The position numbers were made by a program, and so were the translations under genes. 64,000 bases of DNA from Phyllosticta citribraziliensis (lineage: Eukaryota): contig NW_027117340.1 of the NCBI RefSeq assembly GCF_038025025.1, positions 1,302,001 to 1,366,000 on the forward strand. Reading direction: 5' to 3'. Shown one piece after another: positions 59,510 through 64,000 of the stretch. The notes under the pieces were generated by a model. The model did no database searches. It was not told the DNA's origin and saw only the letters and a list, made by a program, of their open reading frames with translations. Numbering within the stretch: the first letter of the stretch is position 1; each line of letters opens with the position of its first letter.

Positions 59510-61068
59510 TTATACCCGCCAGCGGTCGACGACCTCAAAGAGCGTATCTGCGCTCCCGACGTTGCCAGGAAATACGACGTACGGCAAGCCCGGATACTTG
59601 CATGTCTCCTCATCGCAGCGCCAAAGCGGCACGCCCGGGGCAGCCTGGCCAACAATAGTAGCCTTCTTCATGTTCAAGCCCTTTGTGGCCATGTCCGACG
59701 ACGTGATGCCGCCCTGTTATTTGATCAGCCTCCACCATAGCAAACTCTGTCCAAGATACAAGGCTTGACCTACCTTGGCGATGACATATCTCGGCCTGAT
59801 CTTGACTTGCTGCATGAACTTGACCAGCGCATCTGCGACTACAGAGCCAATGTCCAGGCTTTTCTTCGCATCGTCTCCAGTGATCAGTTTGCGGCTCGTC
59901 ATGACAAGCACGTCTTGTCTGTGCGCAATTTCGCGCTCCGCCGTGGCGAGCGCTCCAGCAATAGCTTCGCCAGCACTTTCTGGAGATGCCAGGAGTTTTT
60001 CAACGTCGAGTTCCACCGTGGCCAACTTCTTGCCGCTCTTCGAGACCAAAGCTTCCAACTGCGCCGTCGTCTTGGGCACGTATGACCCGGCAATGATGAG
60101 ACCGCCTGCTTCCCGGGAGAGATGAAGTTGCTCGGCCGTAATGGGAGGGATTGGAGAGATTCCCAGGCGAGCCGAGACGAATGCTGCCGCGGTTCGGAAC
60201 AGGAAGCGCTTTCCTTTAGCTGTGGACGCATTAGCAGACCGTTCGGAGCATTCCGTGCCCGGTCCTCGGGCGACTGACCTGCGGCTGCGAGCAGCCCCAA
60301 CACCACGACGTCCATGTCCTCCTCTGCGGCCGCATTCACGACGACCACTGAGCCCTTGGGGAAATTGTTCAGCAACTCCTCAACTCGCGCCGGGCCGCCG
60401 ACTCTAATATCCTCCAAGCCCAGGCCTACCACCCTATCCTTCTTAATTACGCCCTTGCTCTTCTCCTCAACCCAGTCTTTCAGATCACTGCTCTTATACC
60501 CAAACGTGGCGTCTTTGGCAAACGGCGTCTCTCCCGCCGGAAGCAGAGTTTCCCCTTCAGCAACATAGTGCACGTCGCCGATGGTGTAGCGGCCGCCCTG
60601 CAAGAAGAACGGCGCAAGCACCCACGCGTCGGCCTCCCCCAGCACCTCCTCGACGACATCACACTCGTCAGGAAAGTGGCCCCTGAGCGTCGAATCGCCG
60701 CGCAAGACGACCTCAAACGGTTTACCCGTGGCGTCGCTCGCCGCCTTGAGATTCAGGCAAATCTCGGTCACGAGCGAGCGCGCGTCCTCAGCGTGCAAGG
60801 CGCGCGAGTTTGTGAGGATGAAGAATCCAGAGCCCGCTCGCGTGGCAGCAAACTCGGCCCTGAGAGTCGGCACGTCCCAGACGGTCAGCACGGGTATGTC
60901 GTGGCAGGTCTGGGTGCCGGTAGGGTCGTCATCGAGGGCGATGAGCAGCGGGATGGAGGCGGCGTTGGAGGAGAGGAACTGGCGCGTCTGCGCGCGCAGA
61001 TCGCCTGGATGCGCCCGCGGGAGGGCAGCGAGGGTCTCGTGGAGGGGCAGGGACTTGGGGAAAGACAT
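59510..61068 (-). CDS. Four-carbon acid sugar kinase family protein (DUF1537/OtnK-like), stand-alone, 479 aa
   Basis: Exons 61068-60279, 60219-59774, 59713-59510 (1440 nt). LDDDPTGTQT, LTNSR, RGDSTLRGH, GGRYT, FAKDATFGY, AGSYVPKTTAQL, IAKGGITSSD, GQAAPGVP and VVFPGNVG motifs. Confidence 0.9.
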
Positions 61069-61694
61069 TGTGGGCGAGGGAAGGGTAGATCTGGGGAAAG
61101 CTTGGGATCATGGCCGACAAGGGACGTTTGCACCAGTTTATAAGGATGGACTGGGATTTGCGTTGAGCGCTAACATGGGCTGGAGAGGGTCCTCCGAAGC
61201 CAATGCTCACATGCCGGCCGACGACGAAGCCTGCTCAACGCCGCAAGCCGGATTGCTGCTGTCTCGTGAGCTTGAATTGGACATCTGGCGATGGTGGAGT
61301 AGGGCAATTGGCGCGGGGAACGTCAGAGTAGGTGGAGCTGCTGGTGACATAAGACAGGGCGGACAGAAGCGCGCGGTGGGCCGGGAAGATGGCCGACGTC
61401 GCCTTGTCATCGTGCCGGTGGTGGAGTTGACGTCGAAGCTCCCCGCACCACCAACCTCATTCCCCGACGCTGCCCCGCAATGGCCGACGACGATTTGATG
61501 CTTCTGGCGCGGGATAACATTTCCTGTCAGCCGGCATGCAGCAACTGCGACTGCGCTCTCTCCAACGGATGAATTGAACTTGACGACTTCTCTTTAAGCT
61601 CTCCACTTCCTTTGCATTGGCGGAACTGAGCTCACCTGCCTTCAAACGCGTCCCAGCAACCAACCCCAGCAGACCAGCCATCCTCACAGCGAAA
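61069..61694. promoter_or_regulatory. Bidirectional promoter with ten SYGGRG (CreA/Cre1 consensus) matches and a TATA-like element
   Basis: SYGGRG on either strand at 61091, 61180, 61294, 61313, 61332, 61421, 61441, 61473, 61601 and 61664. TATAAA on the - strand about 70 bp upstream of the kinase ATG. Confidence 0.45.
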
Positions 61695-62675
61695 ATGACG
61701 GCCACGCAGCACGTTCTCATCACCGGCGCCTCTGGCTTCATCGGCCGCGAGCTCACGCTGGCCCTCCTCGCCGCCTCGCCCAGCTACCACCTCACGCTCA
61801 GCGACATTGCGCCGCCCAGCATCCCGCCAGCAGCCGACGCCTCGCGCATCACAACCAAGCAGACGGACCTGACATCAACGGCCTCCATCACGGCGCTCGT
61901 CGAATCGCAGGCGCACTGGCACGCCGTCTACACCCTCCACGGCATCATGTCGTCGGGCAGCGAAGCCAACCTGGAGCTGGGCTACAGCGTCAACCTCGAC
62001 TCGCACCGGGCGCTGTACGACGCGCTGCGCAAGCACCAGCACGGCGCCGTCGTCGTCTTCACCTCGTCGACAGCCGTATACGGCCCGCCCGAGACGGCCG
62101 GGCCCTCTCGCGTCTTCACCGAGGCCACGCTGCCGCAGCCGCAGGGCAGCTACGGCACGCAAAAGTTCATGACCGAGTGCTTGCTCAACGACTACTCGCG
62201 CCGCGGCCTGCTCGACGCCCGCTGCGTGCGCCTGCCCACCGTTGTCGTGCGGCCCGGCGCGCCCACCGCCGCTGCCAGCAGCTTCGCCTCGGGCATTGTC
62301 CGTGAGCCCATGCAGGGCCAGCGCAGCGTGCTGCCCGTCAACAAGGACCTGGTGATGTGGGTGTGCTCGCCACGCACCGTCGTGCGCAACCTGCTGGCTG
62401 TCAAGGACGTCGCGAGCGAGCGGTTTGGGCTTAGTCGCGTGGTCAACTTGCCCGGGCTGTCGGTGACGGTGGCTGAGATCTTGGACGCGCTCGAGGCGGT
62501 TGGCGGCAAGGAGAAGAGGGCACTGGTCGATGAGCAGAGAGACGAAGCGGTCGAGAAGCTGGTACTAAGTTGGCCCGAAAGGCTGGATACCAAGAGGGCG
62601 CTGGACCTGGGTCTCAGCCCGGATGTCCCGCTTCAGGAGACAGTTCAGGCGTTTGCTGATAGCCTGAAGCAGTAG
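61695..62675 (+). CDS. Extended SDR, NAD-dependent epimerase/dehydratase family; D-erythronate dehydrogenase (DenD)-like, 326 aa, intronless
   Basis: ITGASGFIG Rossmann motif, FTSSTAVYG, catalytic YGTQK, plus DenD-type blocks LNDYSRRG.LDAR.VRLPT..VRPG.P.AAASSFASGIVREP, VNLPG.SVTV.E and SWP. Confidence 0.85.
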   Translation: MTATQHVLITGASGFIGRELTLALLAASPSYHLTLSDIAPPSIPPAADASRITTKQTDLTSTASITALVESQAHWHAVYTLHGIMSSGSEANLELGYSVNLDSHRALYDALRKHQHGAVVVFTSSTAVYGPPETAGPSRVFTEATLPQPQGSYGTQKFMTECLLNDYSRRGLLDARCVRLPTVVVRPGAPTAAASSFASGIVREPMQGQRSVLPVNKDLVMWVCSPRTVVRNLLAVKDVASERFGLSRVVNLPGLSVTVAEILDALEAVGGKEKRALVDEQRDEAVEKLVLSWPERLDTKRALDLGLSPDVPLQETVQAFADSLKQ

Positions 62676-63183
62676 CGTGTTGCTTTTTGGCTGCTGTGAG
62701 TAGTGATCTGATAGTAGCGTCATCTAGTCATAAGGCAACTTACATCAACAACTTTGGCCTTGGTGACACGTGCTTGCCGCTCATCTTATCCCTGCGGAAA
62801 TAAGTAGCCAGGCGTGTCGTGCGTCAAACTGTTGGGAATGACAAAAGCCGTTCAAGCGTTTAGCCAGGGTGAACATACTTTGCTTTTGAAAAAAGCGCAT
62901 CGCCAAAGCGCGAGATCGGTCATCCAATGCGAGCTTGTTATGAACCACGTTCATTCAGTATCGAAAACTACAGGCCGTGATCTGTAGGATGCCAAAGACC
63001 AAAAGGAGAAAGCAGCCGTCGGGCGACTTACGGCAGACAAGGAGAAGCAGCCCACGCGATTGGCCATGCAAGATATCATGTTCTAACCAATCAGCCACGC
63101 AAACCCATGACCAAAATGCAACGTCAACCAAGCCGTTCAATCATTCCAACAAAAACCAAAGCACACACAGACCTGCGTCCCCC

Positions 63184-64000
63184 TTACGAGTTGCACCCGT
63201 CCCCAAACTTGCGCTGCGAGAGGGGCTGAGGGAAGATACCCGCCTCAGCCAACTTGTACAAGTCCCACTCGGGGGCGCTCTCGGTCTTGAGCGTCCAAAA
63301 GATCCAGCCGTTGGTGAGCTCGAACTGGTCGAGCTGCGTCTCGATGTAGCGGCGCGTGTCGTCCCTGAGGCTCTGGTCCCACTTGGAAATGTCGTCGTAG
63401 GGCGAGCAGTCGCCAATTTTCTTCGAGTTGGGGAATGTGCCGTCGTAGCGCGCGCCTTTGCCAACGCCTGTGCAGAATGTTTTAGTCAAGTTGGAATGCA
63501 TGTGGCGGAAAGATGGCAACGTCAAGAAAGGGGAGGCTGCAAAATTGGCATACCGTTCAGCCAGTACGCGCAGTCCGTCATGGCTGCTGTCCACTCGCCC
63601 ACGATGGTCCACTTGTCCGATCCCAGCCAGCGGTAGTTGCGCTTGCACACCTGATTGCGGTGCTCCTTGCGCGAGAAGGAGACCACATCGTTTTCAAACA
63701 CCTGGTACTCGTGATGGTCGAGAACGACGTTTTGCGTGTTGTTGTCCCAAGGCGTCAGCCAGCCATTGAACGAGCTGGGATTCTGGAACGCGTCGTGCAG
63801 GACCACCGTCGTGTCCGATACCCCGCGGTAGATATTGAGTGCGTCGCGCTCGAACTGCTTGATCCTATTCAAGTCCAGTGTGTAGCCTGCTGGCTCGTTG
63901 AGCACTTCGATGCCCATGATGACGTCTTGATACTTGGGCTGCGCGTATTGGTTTGCGATCTCGCTAATGACCTGGAGCGTCTGGCCAACGGTGTCGCCCT
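63184..64000 (-). CDS. GH5 exo-beta-1,3-glucanase (Exg1-like), 5' end outside the window
   Basis: Exons >64000-63554 and 63467-63184. Acid/base IEVLNEP, LHDAF, LDHHEYQVF, nucleophile VGEW.AAMTDCA.WLNG.G.GARYDG, and GWIFWTLKTE. Confidence 0.92.

Noticed and set aside
63184..64000. GH5 glucanase as part of the DUF1537/DenD module
   Set aside because: It is a widely conserved cell-wall enzyme in convergent orientation, with no biochemical link to tetronate metabolism.

Overview
Fungal (filamentous ascomycete, Pezizomycotina-type) genomic DNA: GC-rich, with short GT-AG introns carrying CTRAC-like branch points. I could build 18 protein-coding models, and all spliced models were checked by hand for frame. 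In order: two tandem intronless APH/choline-kinase-like phosphotransferases; SDH4 (-); MPP-beta/MAS1 (+); ATPase inhibitor INH1 (-); 14-3-3 (+); a SCOC/Slo1-like DUF2205 coiled-coil gene (+); NSP1 (-); a LAA2-like gene (+); group III hybrid histidine kinase NIK1/OS-1 (+); a ULS1/Rrp-like SNF2-RING ATPase (+); CDC20 (+); HPM1 (-); an F-box gene (+); a BTB/POZ gene (-); UBA4 (-); a stand-alone DUF1537 four-carbon acid-sugar kinase (-) head-to-head with a DenD-like D-erythronate dehydrogenase (+); and a 5'-truncated GH5 exo-beta-1,3-glucanase (-). I could support no tRNA, rRNA, CRISPR or intact transposon. The best candidate for an undescribed system is the divergent DUF1537 kinase / DenD-like pair sharing a CreA-motif-rich promoter, which looks like a fungal tetronate (erythronate/threonate) catabolic module. 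Other oddities: the APH-kinase pair (one copy has a 24-aa repeat array and an HxD to PxD change), a degenerate TGTCGAYGTGAAGG array over the BTB promoter, and a respiratory gene trio sharing an identical 11-bp CCAAT element. All family assignments come from motif recognition; no database search was run.
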